Source: Actinomycetota bacterium (lineage in GTDB: Bacteria > Actinomycetota > Acidimicrobiia > Acidimicrobiales > AC-9). Taken from it: a stretch of DNA of 64,000 bases. Under the pieces are notes generated by a model. The model searched no databases, had not been told where the DNA came from, and was given only the letters and a program-made list of their open reading frames with translations. Position numbers and translations under genes: made by a program. Below, piece after piece: positions 1 to 9,394 of the stretch (within the stretch, counting starts at the first letter, position 1; each line of letters opens with the position of its first letter). Where the stretch lies: the NCBI GenBank assembly GCA_005888295.1, contig VAWP01000051.1, positions 894 to 64,893 of the forward strand, in the 5' to 3' direction.

Positions 1-53
1 CCCGCTGACCTCGATGCTCAAGGTGGACAAGCAGGCGCTCGCCGCTGGCGCAG

Positions 54-1082
54 CTACAGAACCAGCTCGGCCATCGTCTGCATCGTCGGGACCGAGGTCC
101 CGCCCAGCAGGATCGTCGTGACCCTCGAGGAGGTCCACGCCTCGATGTCGTCCTTGATCTTGGCGCGCGGGCCGATGAGGGCCACCTCCTCGATCAGCTC
201 GGTGGGCACGACCGCGGCGGCCTCGTCCTTGCTGCCGTCGAGGTAGAGCTGCTGGATCTTGTTGGCCGCCTCCTCGTAGCCCATGCGCACGAACACGTCG
301 TAGTGGAAGTTCATCTCACGGGCGCCCATGCCGCCGATGTAGAGGGCGAGGGTCGGGCGCATGAAGTCGGCCGCCCGCTCGACGTCCTCCCCCATGATCA
401 CGGGCACCATGGCGAGTATCTCGAAGTCGTTCGGCTGGCGCCTCGCCCCAGGTCGAGCAAAGCCCTCCGCCAGCGCGTCCCGGTACACCTCCTCGCGACG
501 CGGGGAGTAATAGATCGGGAACCATCCATCGGCGATCTCTGCCGCCAGCGCCACGTTCTTGGGCCCCTCGGCCCCGAGCACGATCGGGATGTCGGAGCGC
601 AAGGGGTGGACGATCGACTTGAGCGGCTTGCCGAGGCCCGTTCCGCCTGGATACGGCAGCGGGTAGTGCTCGCCAGCCGAGGTCACCGGCTCCTTGCGGG
701 CGAGCACCTGGCGGACGACCGACACGTACTCACGGGTGCGGGCGAGCGGCTTGGGGAACGGCTGGCCGTACCACCCCTCGACGACCTGGGGCCCCGACAC
801 CCCGAGACCCAGCACGAACCGTCCACCACACAGATGGTCGAGGGTGATGGCAGCCATGGCCGTGGCCGTCGGCGTGCGGGCCGACATCTGGATGAGGTCG
901 GTGCCCAGCCGTACCCGGCTGGTCGTCGATCCCCACCACGCCAGCGGCGTGAGGGCGTCCGACCCGTAGGCCTCCGCCGTCCACACCGAGTCGAACCCCA
1001 GTCGCTCCGCCTCGGCGATGGCGCTTGTCGCGTCGGCGGGCGGACCTGCGCCCCAGTAACCCACGTGCAGCCCGAGCTTCAT
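54..1082 (-). CDS. LLM-class (luciferase-like) F420-dependent oxidoreductase
   Basis: 342-aa ORF. Blocks MKLGLHVGYW, GFDSVWTAEAYGSDALT and LGLGVSGPQVVEGWYG are typical of luciferase-like monooxygenase/F420 oxidoreductases. Confidence 0.8.
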   Translation of the reverse strand: MKLGLHVGYWGAGPPADATSAIAEAERLGFDSVWTAEAYGSDALTPLAWWGSTTSRVRLGTDLIQMSARTPTATAMAAITLDHLCGGRFVLGLGVSGPQVVEGWYGQPFPKPLARTREYVSVVRQVLARKEPVTSAGEHYPLPYPGGTGLGKPLKSIVHPLRSDIPIVLGAEGPKNVALAAEIADGWFPIYYSPRREEVYRDALAEGFARPGARRQPNDFEILAMVPVIMGEDVERAADFMRPTLALYIGGMGAREMNFHYDVFVRMGYEEAANKIQQLYLDGSKDEAAAVVPTELIEEVALIGPRAKIKDDIEAWTSSRVTTILLGGTSVPTMQTMAELVL

Positions 1083-1116
1083 GGCACGACGCTAGCCGCA
1101 CCGCCGGCGGTGGAGG

Positions 1117-1956
1117 TCAGGCCACCAGCTGGGAGAGGTCGCCAGCCAACCAGGCGGCCGTCTGGTGGTAGCCCGAGTCGATGAGCTCGGTCGTCCGACC
1201 GAAGTCGAAGACCGAGTGCCCGGCCCTGGGCGGGGCCGGCACCACGTGGAGGGGGACCCGTGACGAGACCTCGGCCCGCCGGCCGGACTCACTCTGCCGG
1301 AGGGCGAGCTCTATCGCCCGTTGCACCATGTCCAGGGCCCCGCGAGGCGCAGTCTCGTCCTGGGCCGACGTCGACAGCAGGTAGATGCTCGTGCCCCCGA
1401 GCTGCTCGGCCTGCTCCACCGGCGCGTCGGCGGTCACACTGCCGTCGATGAGGGCCCGGCCGTCCACCTCGACGGGAGGAAAGGCCCCCGGCATGGCCGC
1501 GCTGGCCATGAGGGCGTCGATCACGTCACCCCGAGACAGCACCACGGGTGTACCGGTGCTCACGTCGGTCGCCATCGCGTGCAGCGGGACGGGAGCGTCT
1601 TCGAGCCGATCGAAACCCAGGTCGGCGCGCAGGATGAGCGTCCGCAGGCCGAGGGGATCGAAGAGGTGGTTGCGCCAGCCAAGGGCGCCGGCGACCATGC
1701 GCCGAGGGCTGATGGGGAAGATCTCGGTGCGCTTGATCGACTCCCACAGGCCGGCCAGCGCCTCGACGCCCTCGAGGCTCGGATGGCCAGCCAGGTAGGC
1801 GCCGTTCAGGGCGCCCACCGAGCTGCCAACCACGAGGTCCGGGCGCACGCCCGCCTCCAGGAGGGCGTACAGCATCCCGACCTGGACGGCCCCCAGGCTG
1901 CCCCCACCGGTGAGGACGAAGGCTGTCCGGTCGGGACCCGATCCGTTGCCCTCCAT
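1117..1956 (-). CDS. patatin-like phospholipase
   Basis: Oxyanion loop GGGSLGAVQVG, nucleophile elbow GSSVGA (G-x-S-x-G) and LIDGSV Asp of the catalytic dyad. The start overlaps the upstream stop by ATGA. Confidence 0.85.
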   Translation of the reverse strand: MEGNGSGPDRTAFVLTGGGSLGAVQVGMLYALLEAGVRPDLVVGSSVGALNGAYLAGHPSLEGVEALAGLWESIKRTEIFPISPRRMVAGALGWRNHLFDPLGLRTLILRADLGFDRLEDAPVPLHAMATDVSTGTPVVLSRGDVIDALMASAAMPGAFPPVEVDGRALIDGSVTADAPVEQAEQLGGTSIYLLSTSAQDETAPRGALDMVQRAIELALRQSESGRRAEVSSRVPLHVVPAPPRAGHSVFDFGRTTELIDSGYHQTAAWLAGDLSQLVA

Positions 1957-2525
1957 CAGGCCTCCGGCTTCTGGAGAACCGCCTCGACCTCCAATGTGAT
2001 CTGGATCTTGTCGCCGACGACGACGCCACCGCCCTCGAGGGGCATGTTGAAGGCGATCCCGAAGTCCTTGCGGTTGATCTCGGTCCTGGCCGAGAAACCG
2101 GCCCGGGTGCCGCCGAAGGGGTCGGGCCCGAAGCCGTTGGGCTCGAGGTCGAGGGTCACCGGCCTGGTCACGCCGTGGAGGGACAGCTCACCCTCGACGA
2201 CATAGCCGTCGCCCCTGGGCTTCACCGAGGTGGAGGTGAAGCTCATGGTCTTGTGGTTCTCGACGTCCAGGAAGTCGGGCGAGCGCAGGTGGTTGTCGCG
2301 GGTCTCGTCGTTGGTGTCCACCGACGCCAGGTCGATGGTGGCGTTCACCGAGGAGGCCAGGTGGTCCTCGCCGGTCGTGATCTGGCCCTGGAACGACCCG
2401 AAGCGGCCGCGGACCTTGCTCACCATCATGTGCCGTACGGAGAAGGAAACCTCCGAGTGGACAGGGTCGATATCCCACGTTCCGGCCACGTAACCGGGGG
2501 GGATCTGGGTGGCGACATTGGACAT
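1956..2525 (-). CDS. YceI family polyisoprenoid-binding protein
   Basis: WDIDPVHSEVSFSVRHMMVSKVRGRF is the YceI signature block. I chose the ATG at 2525, which has AAGGAG 8 nt upstream; the track ORF extends to 2594. Confidence 0.8.
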   Translation of the reverse strand: MSNVATQIPPGYVAGTWDIDPVHSEVSFSVRHMMVSKVRGRFGSFQGQITTGEDHLASSVNATIDLASVDTNDETRDNHLRSPDFLDVENHKTMSFTSTSVKPRGDGYVVEGELSLHGVTRPVTLDLEPNGFGPDPFGGTRAGFSARTEINRKDFGIAFNMPLEGGGVVVGDKIQITLEVEAVLQKPEA

Positions 2526-2615
2526 GTGTGGGCTCCTTCCGTCGGGCTCTGCAGGATTGAACCCGAGACTAGGTCCGTTTATTTCAGCGCTCAAGGGAAC
2601 GGCGCCCGGGTCCGG

Positions 2616-2621
2616 TAGACT
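2616..2621 (+). promoter_or_regulatory. candidate -10 hexamer (TAGACT) 6 nt upstream of the MarR GTG start, implying a leaderless transcript
   Basis: TAGACT at 2616-2621 is followed by GGGGCT and then GTG at 2628. There is no Shine-Dalgarno sequence in between. Confidence 0.3.
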
Positions 2622-2627
2622 GGGGCT

Positions 2628-3101
2628 GTGAGCGAGATCCGCTGGCTGGACGACGAGGAGCAGCGCACCTGGCGCGCCTTTCTGTCGGCCACCCGGCTGC
2701 TCTGGGCCCAGCTGGACCGGGAGCTCCAGGCCGACCTGCTCTCCGAGGCGCCCGAGCGGGCGCTGCGGATGAACGATCTGGCCGAAGCGACGCAGTCGTC
2801 CCCCAGCCGCATGTCACACGCCATCGGCCGCCTGGAGAAGGCGGGCTGGGTGCGCCGGGAGAGCTGTCCCAACGACCGGCGCGGGTGGTACGCGGTGCTC
2901 ACCGACGAGGGCATGGCCACCCTGGAGGAGGCTGCCCCCAAGCACCTCGTGAGCGTGCGCGCCCACCTCTTCGACCAGCTGTCGCGCGAGCAGCTCTGCC
3001 AGCTGCGGCAGATCTCGGAGTCTCTGCTGTCTCATCTCTCCTCGATCGACGGCGTCGACAAGTGCGTGACCGCCGCCGCGGTCCCGCCAGCGGAGCTGTA
3101 G
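2628..3101 (+). CDS. MarR family transcriptional regulator
   Basis: Winged-helix block MNDLAEATQSSPSRMSHAIGRLEKAGWVRRESCPNDRRGWYAVLTDEG. Divergent from the YceI gene. Confidence 0.85.
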   Translation: MSEIRWLDDEEQRTWRAFLSATRLLWAQLDRELQADLLSEAPERALRMNDLAEATQSSPSRMSHAIGRLEKAGWVRRESCPNDRRGWYAVLTDEGMATLEEAAPKHLVSVRAHLFDQLSREQLCQLRQISESLLSHLSSIDGVDKCVTAAAVPPAEL

Positions 3102-3189
3102 GACACCGGCTGACCGCCGCGCGCGTGCGACATCCGCACGACACAGACGTGCTTGCACAGGAAGCCATCAGGATGTATCACTCGTCGCA

Positions 3190-3432
3190 GTGAGCGGCGG
3201 AGCGGACCTCCTTGGTGGCGGCGACGAGGAGGCGCGCCTGCGGTCGGTGACCGACGAGCTGATCAGGCGGTACGACCGGGCGATCCGTCCCATTTCCGCC
3301 GACGAGGTCGAAGCGCAGATGGACGCGGCGGTCAACGCCTACGCCGACGCCCGCATCCGCGACTTCGTGCCCATCCTCGCCGAGAAGGACGCTCGGGCGG
3401 TTCTCCGCCAGCGACTGCTGGCGGCGGAGTAG
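3190..3432 (+). CDS. small three-helix-bundle dimerization-domain-like protein
   Basis: 80-aa ORF with a GTG start. The C-terminal RDFVPILAEKDARAVLRQRL resembles the N-terminal helical domain seen on actinobacterial ArsC/LMW-phosphatase-like proteins (from memory). Confidence 0.5.
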   Translation: MSGGADLLGGGDEEARLRSVTDELIRRYDRAIRPISADEVEAQMDAAVNAYADARIRDFVPILAEKDARAVLRQRLLAAE

Positions 3433-3447
3433 GGGTCACGAGGGGGG

Positions 3448-3480
3448 CGTGGCCGGGACCCCGACGAGGTCCCGGCCACG
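3448..3480. terminator. bidirectional hairpin between convergent genes
   Basis: Perfect 13-bp stem CGTGGCCGGGACC / GGTCCCGGCCACG with a 7-nt loop. It lies between the stop at 3432 (+) and the stop at 3496 (-). There is no U-tract. Confidence 0.5.
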
Positions 3481-3495
3481 ACGAGCTCCGGTTGT

Positions 3496-3975
3496 CTAGA
3501 CGTCGACCTCGCAGGTCTCGTCGATGCCGAGGACCCGCAGCAGCCGGCCGAGCCCGAGGAAGGTCGCGATACAGACGGTGAGGTCGAGGATCTCGGCGTC
3601 GCTGAAGCACTGCCGCAGCCGGGCGAAGAAGTCGTCGCCGATCCGGGTGTGGTCGAGCACGAAGCGCTCGGCGTACTCGATGGCCAGCCGCTCCTGCTCC
3701 GAGTAGTCGTACCCGTGCTGGTCGGCGACGTGGCGGTAGAAGTCTTCGGTGAGTCCCTGCTGCGTCACCGACGCAGCCCGAAAGTTCAGTCAGATGGGAC
3801 AGTCGTTGAGCTGGGCGATGCGCATCCGGGCCGCCTCCCGCACCCGGACGGGCAGGATGCTCTTGTTGTAGGCGGCGTCGCTCAGCTTGGCGACGGCCCC
3901 GCCCATCTCCGGGCGAAGCGACCACACCTGGACGGCGTCGCCGCCCTCACCGGCGGGGATGTCGATGCGAGCCAT
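3496..3975 (-). CDS. carboxymuconolactone decarboxylase/AhpD-like protein with in-frame TGA (candidate selenocysteine) at 3790-3792
   Basis: Track ORFs 3790..3975 and 3496..3768 share one frame (480 nt in total) and are separated only by a TGA. Read-through gives ...RIAQLNDCPI-[TGA]-LNFRAAS..., so the TGA sits at the second Cys position of the C-x-x-C motif. Confidence 0.6.
3745..3782 (-). promoter_or_regulatory. SECIS-like stem-loop downstream of the in-frame TGA
   Basis: The mRNA forms CUGCGUC-GGU-GACGCAG (3760-3776), flanked by UUCGG (3778-3782) and CCGAA (3745-3749). The apical GGU lies 24-26 nt from the U of UGA. Confidence 0.5.
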
Positions 3976-4081
3976 CGCGGAACTTTAGGCGACGGGCACG
4001 TGCTCCTCGGTCAGCTCCGGCCTCCTGGGGGATCGGAGCCTGGGGTGGCTCGGGGCCGGTGGAATGTGTTCTACTCGGGCC

Positions 4082-4984
4082 ATGAGCGGCATCTGTGACG
4101 GTCGGGTGGTCATCGTGACGGGCGCTGGCCGGGGCATCGGCCGCGGTCACGCCCTCGAGTTCGCCCACCAGGGCGCCAAGGTCGTGGTCAACGACCTCGG
4201 GGCCGAGGTGGACGGGACCGGGAGCTCGTCGGGGGTCGTCGGCGAGGTCGTCGACGCCATTCGCGCAGGCGGCGGCGAGGCGGTGGCCAACGGCGACGAC
4301 GTGGCCGATTGGGAGGGAGCCCAGCACCTGGTCTCGACCGCGCTCGAGACGTGGGGTCGTCTCGACGTGGTGGTCAACAACGCGGGGATCCTGCGAGACC
4401 GGATGCTCGTGAGCATGACCGAGCAGGACTGGGACCTTGTCATCCGGGTCCACCTCAAGGGCACGTTCTGCGTCAGCCATCACGCCGCTGTCCACTGGCG
4501 CGAGCTGGCCAAGGGCGGCCAACCGGCCGACGCCAGGATCATCAACACGAGCTCGGCGGCCGGGCTCTTCGGCAACGTCGGCCAGACCAACTACTCCACG
4601 GCCAAGGCCGGTATCGCCGCCTTCACACTCGTGGCCTCGGCCGAGCTGGGTCGCTACGGCGTGACCGCCAACGCCATCGCCCCCATGGCGCGCACTCGCA
4701 TGACCGAGTCGTTGTTCCCCGACATGATGGCCAAGCCCGAGGAGGGCTTCGATCGCATGGCAGCCGAGAACGTGGCGCCGCTGGTCACCTGGCTCGGCAG
4801 CGCCGAGGCGAAGGGCGTCACCGGGCGGGTCTTCGAGGTCGGCGGTGGGCTGATCGCGGCCGCCGAGGGGTGGCGGCGGGGACCGTCCGTCGACCAGGAG
4901 GACCGTTGGGACCCGGCCAAGCTGGGACCGGTGGTGCGGGACCTGGTCGAGGGCTCGCAGGCGCCGAGCGTGATCGGAGGTTGA
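4082..4984 (+). CDS. SDR family NAD(P)-dependent oxidoreductase
   Basis: VVIVTGAGRGIGRGHA (TGxxxGxG), NNAG and YSTAKAG (YxxxK). Start taken at the ATG at 4082 (MSGICDGRV...). Confidence 0.85.
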   Translation: MSGICDGRVVIVTGAGRGIGRGHALEFAHQGAKVVVNDLGAEVDGTGSSSGVVGEVVDAIRAGGGEAVANGDDVADWEGAQHLVSTALETWGRLDVVVNNAGILRDRMLVSMTEQDWDLVIRVHLKGTFCVSHHAAVHWRELAKGGQPADARIINTSSAAGLFGNVGQTNYSTAKAGIAAFTLVASAELGRYGVTANAIAPMARTRMTESLFPDMMAKPEEGFDRMAAENVAPLVTWLGSAEAKGVTGRVFEVGGGLIAAAEGWRRGPSVDQEDRWDPAKLGPVVRDLVEGSQAPSVIGG

Positions 4985-4998
4985 CCGGAGGCTGACCG

Positions 4999-6408
4999 CT
5001 AGGGAGCCTCGCGCTCCTCGGCCAGCTTTCGCAGCTCTTCGATCGACTCGGTGAAGCCGGTGGCGATGTCCCAGAGGTCGGGGACCATCTCGCGGCAGGC
5101 GATGGCGCCGAAGTCGACCGAGCCCATGTTGGACAGCACTGTCAGGTTGAGCCCCGCGCCCTCGAGGATCGGCCCGAACGGGTAGACGGCCAAGACCCGG
5201 GCGCCGGCGCTGTAGAGGGGTACGGGCGGTCCGGGGACGTTGGAGATGACGAGGTTGTGCACCACGGGGTGGCGGTCTGCGAGCTTGCTGGCCGAGTAGA
5301 AGCGGGCGGCTCGGGCGAACACCGCCGGCGCCGCGAACTCGGCCCAGTTCTGCAGGGCATCGGCGCCGATCGCTCCGTGCACCTCCTTGGCCGACCTGGT
5401 GTCGCCCCGGATGTTCAGGAGCCGCTCGACCGGGTCCTCGATGTGCACGGGCAGGCCGACGAACATTGCCGAGAGCTGATTGCCGGGTTCGTCCGGGCTC
5501 TCCTCGGTGCGGATCGAGACCGGAACGGACGCCACAAGAGACCTGTCGGGCAGGTCGTGGTGGGCGACCAGCCACCGGCGCATCGACCCGGCGCACGCGG
5601 CCAGCACCACGTCGTTGACCGTCGTGCCGTAGACCTTCTTCACCAGCTTGAAGTCGTCGAGGGAGGCCTTGCCGAAGGCGACCGCCCGATGAGGGGTGAT
5701 GGAGCCACTGAACCGCGTGCGGGGAGCGGTGAACGGCAGCGTCGCACCCGGCCCCTCGCTGCGCCGGACGACGCGGAGCAGCTCCAGGGCGGAACGGCCG
5801 GTCCGGGCCACCGTCGGGAACACCTGGGGCCAGTGCCGGACGCGGGACACGACCGAGTGGCCGACGAGCTCGAGATCGGACGGCTTGTGCTCGGGCTCCC
5901 ATTCGTGATCGGGAGGCTCCACCTGGGTGTCGGGCTCGAGGTCGAACAGGTGCACCATGAGATCAGCGCCCGAGACGCCGTCGATGACGCTGTGGTGCAT
6001 CTTGGCGACGATGGCGACGTACCCGTGCTCCAGGCCCTCGGCCACCCACATCTCCCACAGCGGCTTGCTCCGGTCGAGGGGGCGGCTGGCGATGTTGCCC
6101 ACCAGCTCCGCCAGCTCGTGCAGCGTGCCCGGCGCGGGCACGCCCACCCGGAAGAGATGGTTGTCGATGTCGAAGTCCGGGTCCTCGATGAGAACGGGGT
6201 GCGCCAGCTGGAAGGGCACGGTCATGATCCGCTCGCGGAACGGCGGCAGCAGGTGCATCCGGCTGGTCAGCATGTGCCGGACCGTGTCGATCGAATAGCC
6301 ACCCGGCATGGTCGACGGGTCGAGCAGGATCACTCCTGTCACGTGCATGTGCATCGACGGTGTCTCGGCGTACAGGAAAACGGAGTCGAGACCGGACAGT
6401 CGCCTCAT
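4999..6408 (-). CDS. wax ester synthase/diacylglycerol acyltransferase (WS/DGAT)
   Basis: Active-site motif HHSVIDGVSG (HHxxxDG). The N-terminus is MRRLSGLDSVFLYAETPSMHMHV. 469 aa. Confidence 0.9.
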   Translation of the reverse strand: MRRLSGLDSVFLYAETPSMHMHVTGVILLDPSTMPGGYSIDTVRHMLTSRMHLLPPFRERIMTVPFQLAHPVLIEDPDFDIDNHLFRVGVPAPGTLHELAELVGNIASRPLDRSKPLWEMWVAEGLEHGYVAIVAKMHHSVIDGVSGADLMVHLFDLEPDTQVEPPDHEWEPEHKPSDLELVGHSVVSRVRHWPQVFPTVARTGRSALELLRVVRRSEGPGATLPFTAPRTRFSGSITPHRAVAFGKASLDDFKLVKKVYGTTVNDVVLAACAGSMRRWLVAHHDLPDRSLVASVPVSIRTEESPDEPGNQLSAMFVGLPVHIEDPVERLLNIRGDTRSAKEVHGAIGADALQNWAEFAAPAVFARAARFYSASKLADRHPVVHNLVISNVPGPPVPLYSAGARVLAVYPFGPILEGAGLNLTVLSNMGSVDFGAIACREMVPDLWDIATGFTESIEELRKLAEEREAP

Positions 6409-8079
6409 CTATGCCCCCTTTGTCGATGCGGCCGGCTCGACCGCGCGGTCGCGGGCCCAGCGGTAGTCGGCTTTGCCGCTCGGCGATCGAAGTACCTTGT
6501 CGACCACCACGACCTGGCGCGGCACCTTGTAGCCCGCCATCCTGGTCCGACTCCAGGACTGGACGTCGTCGAGCGTCGGGCGCTCGCCGGGGCGGGGCTC
6601 GACCACGGCGACGACCGCCTCGCCCCAACGCTCGTCGGGAACGCCGACCACGACGGTGTCGAAGATCGCCGGATGGCTCTTGAGCGCGGCCTCGACCTCT
6701 TCGGGGTACACCTTCTCCCCGCCGGTGTTGATGCTGCCCGAGCCCCGACCGAGCAGCACGACCGTGCCGTCCTCCTCGACCTTGGCCATGTCGCCGGGCA
6801 GCACCCAGCGGACGCCGTCGACCTCGACGAACGTGCTCGCCGTCTTGGTCTCGTCCTTGTAGTAGCCGAGCGGGATGTGACCCCGCCGGGCCAGGCGGCC
6901 CGTCATGGCCGAACCGGGAACGACCGGCCGGAGCTGGTCGTCGAGCACGGTCGTCTGCTCGTTCAGGGTGAACCGGGGCAGGTCGTCGTCGCCCACCGTG
7001 CCCGGCAGGCTCGAACGGCTCCCGACGGTGCCGGTCTCCGAGGCGCCGAAGCCGTCGACGAGGAGCGCGTTCGGGACCAGGGAGGACAACTTCTGCTTGG
7101 TGGACGGAGAGAGGATGGCGCCGCCCGAGCCGATCACGATGAGCGTCGACGTGTCATGCCGGCCCTCCCGGTGGGCGTCGGCGAGTGGGCGGGCCATGGC
7201 GTCGCCGACGATGACGAGGACGTTCACCTTCTCGTCGCCGATCAGGCGCCACACGGCCTCGGGATCGAAGCGGCCCTGTGGGGTGACAACAAGGCGCCCG
7301 CCGCTGAACAGCGACACGAACGCCAGCCAGTGGGCGCTGACATGCATGAGCGGAGGCGTCGCCAGGGTGACCATCCCGGGGTCGAGCAGGCGGTCGACGA
7401 TCTCCTCGGGCCGGTCGATGAAGTTGCCCGACTGGAGCGGGTCGCCGCCGCCCATGGCGGCGAAGAAGATGTCCTCCTGCCGCCAGAGCACGCCTTTGGG
7501 CATTCCGGTCGTACCGCCGGTGTACGCGCAGTAGATGTCGTCGCCCGAGCGTGGACCGAAGTCCCGCTCCGGTGGCGCGCCCGCCAACGCGTCCTCGTAG
7601 CCGACGGCGCCGGGAGGTGGCGGCTCGCCGGAGCCGTCCTCGACGACGACCAGGCTGCGCAGGAGCGGAAGGTCAGGCTTCACCGCGGCCACGCGAGGGG
7701 AGAACTGCCGGTGGAGCACGACGGCGACGAGGTCGGCGTCGTCGAAGAGGTGGGCCAGCTCGGCGTCGACGTAGCGGTAGTTGACGTTGATGGGGACGGC
7801 CCTGATCTTGAAGGCACCCAGCATTGCCTCGACGTACTCGGTGCCGTTGAGGAGCTGGAGTCCCACGTGGTCGCCGGCGCGCACTCCCGCCGCCAGCAGG
7901 TGATGGGCCAGCCGGTTGGCGCGGTCCTCGAGCTGTCGGTAGGTCAGGCGCCGTTCACCGGCGACGATCGCCTCTCGCTCCGGGATGGCGTCGGCCACCA
8001 GCTCGAACAGATCACCGAGATTGAACGTCGACGATGGTCCTGTTCGGTCCCCAGCGTCCTGACGTACCATCAGGTGCAT
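6409..8079 (-). CDS. long-chain acyl-CoA synthetase (AMP-binding, FadD-like)
   Basis: AMP-binding motif YTGGTTGMPKG. The stop TAG abuts the ATG of the downstream WS/DGAT. The start is uncertain (ATG at 8079 or 8070); the track ORF extends to 8214. Confidence 0.85.
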   Translation of the reverse strand: MHLMVRQDAGDRTGPSSTFNLGDLFELVADAIPEREAIVAGERRLTYRQLEDRANRLAHHLLAAGVRAGDHVGLQLLNGTEYVEAMLGAFKIRAVPINVNYRYVDAELAHLFDDADLVAVVLHRQFSPRVAAVKPDLPLLRSLVVVEDGSGEPPPPGAVGYEDALAGAPPERDFGPRSGDDIYCAYTGGTTGMPKGVLWRQEDIFFAAMGGGDPLQSGNFIDRPEEIVDRLLDPGMVTLATPPLMHVSAHWLAFVSLFSGGRLVVTPQGRFDPEAVWRLIGDEKVNVLVIVGDAMARPLADAHREGRHDTSTLIVIGSGGAILSPSTKQKLSSLVPNALLVDGFGASETGTVGSRSSLPGTVGDDDLPRFTLNEQTTVLDDQLRPVVPGSAMTGRLARRGHIPLGYYKDETKTASTFVEVDGVRWVLPGDMAKVEEDGTVVLLGRGSGSINTGGEKVYPEEVEAALKSHPAIFDTVVVGVPDERWGEAVVAVVEPRPGERPTLDDVQSWSRTRMAGYKVPRQVVVVDKVLRSPSGKADYRWARDRAVEPAASTKGA

Positions 8080-8197
8080 GCTAGTGGCTGATGATCCGGG
8101 GGACGCTGGGCCTGGCGGGCCTGCGGCAGGTCGGCCGCTGCCGGCGGAGCTGTACCGGCGTATTCGGCGAGCCGCCGACCCGCCTGTCCGCATCGCC

Positions 8198-9388
8198 ATG
8201 ACCGCACCGCGCACCGCTGCCTTCGTCGCCCGCTCCTGGGCGCGCAGCCGGCAGGACGCGACGACGGCCTACCCGCCGACGCCGCCGCCCAGCGCCGGGC
8301 TGGCTGCCCAGGTTGCGATGGACGAGCTCCTGCTGGCCGTGATGAAGAGCCCCAGGCGTTACCCGCACCGCGCCGACTACGAGCGCGTCGGGCGCGAGGT
8401 CCTCGAAGCCGCCGACCTCTTCGAACGCCGGGGGTGGGTCGCCGACCCCGCCTCCTACCACCCCGATCCGCCGGCGCTGTCGTCGCCCGCCATCGAGGCG
8501 TGCCGGCCCTTCGACCTGGCGTGGACGCGGGGGATCCCGTACGAGCACCTGTCGTTCGAGAGCGGCTACGAGCCGCACGCCGACGAGCCGGGGCGGCAGC
8601 GCTGGCTGGACGGGACGCCGAACCGGACCGCCCACGCCTGGGTCCTGCGCCACCCCGGCCGGCCCCGTCCCTGGCTGGTGTGCCTGCACGGGTTCGGGAC
8701 GGGAAGCGCCATGCTCGACCTGCCGGCCTTCCGGGCCGTGCGCCTCCACCGGGACCTCCAGCTCAACCTGCTCCTGCCGGTGCTGCCCTGCCACGGCCCC
8801 CGCAAGCTCAGCCGGCTGGGCTCGGACAGCCTGCTGTCCTTCGACGTCCTCAACAGCATCCACGGGATCGCCCAGGGCGTGTGGGACGTGCGCCGGCTGC
8901 TCGACTGGGTCAGGCGCGAGGGCGCGCCCGCCGTGGGCCTCTACGGCATCTCCCTGGGCGGCTACATGGCGGCCCTCATGGCCGGCCTGGAAGACGGCTT
9001 GGACTGCGCCATCGCGGGCATACCGGCGACCGACCTGCCGCGCCTGTTCTTCCACCATTCACCTCCGCACATCCGCCGCCGGGCATCCGAGCACCATCTC
9101 GCCGGCGAGGAGGCGAACCGCATCCACCGGACCGTCTCACCGCTGGCGCTCGAACCCCGCGTCCCCGAGCGGGGTCGGTTCATCTACGCCGGGCTCGCCG
9201 ACCGCCTGGCCCCTCCCGGGCAGGCCCAGCGGCTCTGGCTCCACTGGGGCCGCCCCAGCATCCACTGGTATCCGGGCAATCACGTGGGGTTCTTCTGGAC
9301 GCGCGAGCTCGGCGACTTCGTGGACTCGGCCCTCGCCGCATCGGGCCTGGCCGAGCTGCCGGCGGTCCCGGCCACGGCCACGGCCTAG
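8198..9388 (+). CDS. alpha/beta hydrolase (possible lipase/esterase)
   Basis: Nucleophile elbow GISLGGYMAA and an alpha/beta fold length. The start is uncertain (ATG at 8198 or the track start at 8078). Confidence 0.7.
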   Translation: MTAPRTAAFVARSWARSRQDATTAYPPTPPPSAGLAAQVAMDELLLAVMKSPRRYPHRADYERVGREVLEAADLFERRGWVADPASYHPDPPALSSPAIEACRPFDLAWTRGIPYEHLSFESGYEPHADEPGRQRWLDGTPNRTAHAWVLRHPGRPRPWLVCLHGFGTGSAMLDLPAFRAVRLHRDLQLNLLLPVLPCHGPRKLSRLGSDSLLSFDVLNSIHGIAQGVWDVRRLLDWVRREGAPAVGLYGISLGGYMAALMAGLEDGLDCAIAGIPATDLPRLFFHHSPPHIRRRASEHHLAGEEANRIHRTVSPLALEPRVPERGRFIYAGLADRLAPPGQAQRLWLHWGRPSIHWYPGNHVGFFWTRELGDFVDSALAASGLAELPAVPATATA

Positions 9389-9394
9389 CCCGCC

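Noticed and set aside
3947-5902. 651-aa minus-strand ORF
   Set aside because: It is antisense to the SDR gene and an alternate frame of the WS/DGAT gene. It has low-complexity Arg/Gly/Pro composition.
5257-8091. 944-aa plus-strand ORF spanning the WS/DGAT and acyl-CoA synthetase region
   Set aside because: It is antisense to two genes with clear catalytic motifs. Its translation is Arg/Gly/His/Pro-rich with no recognisable motif. This is a typical shadow ORF in high-GC DNA, where stop codons are rare.
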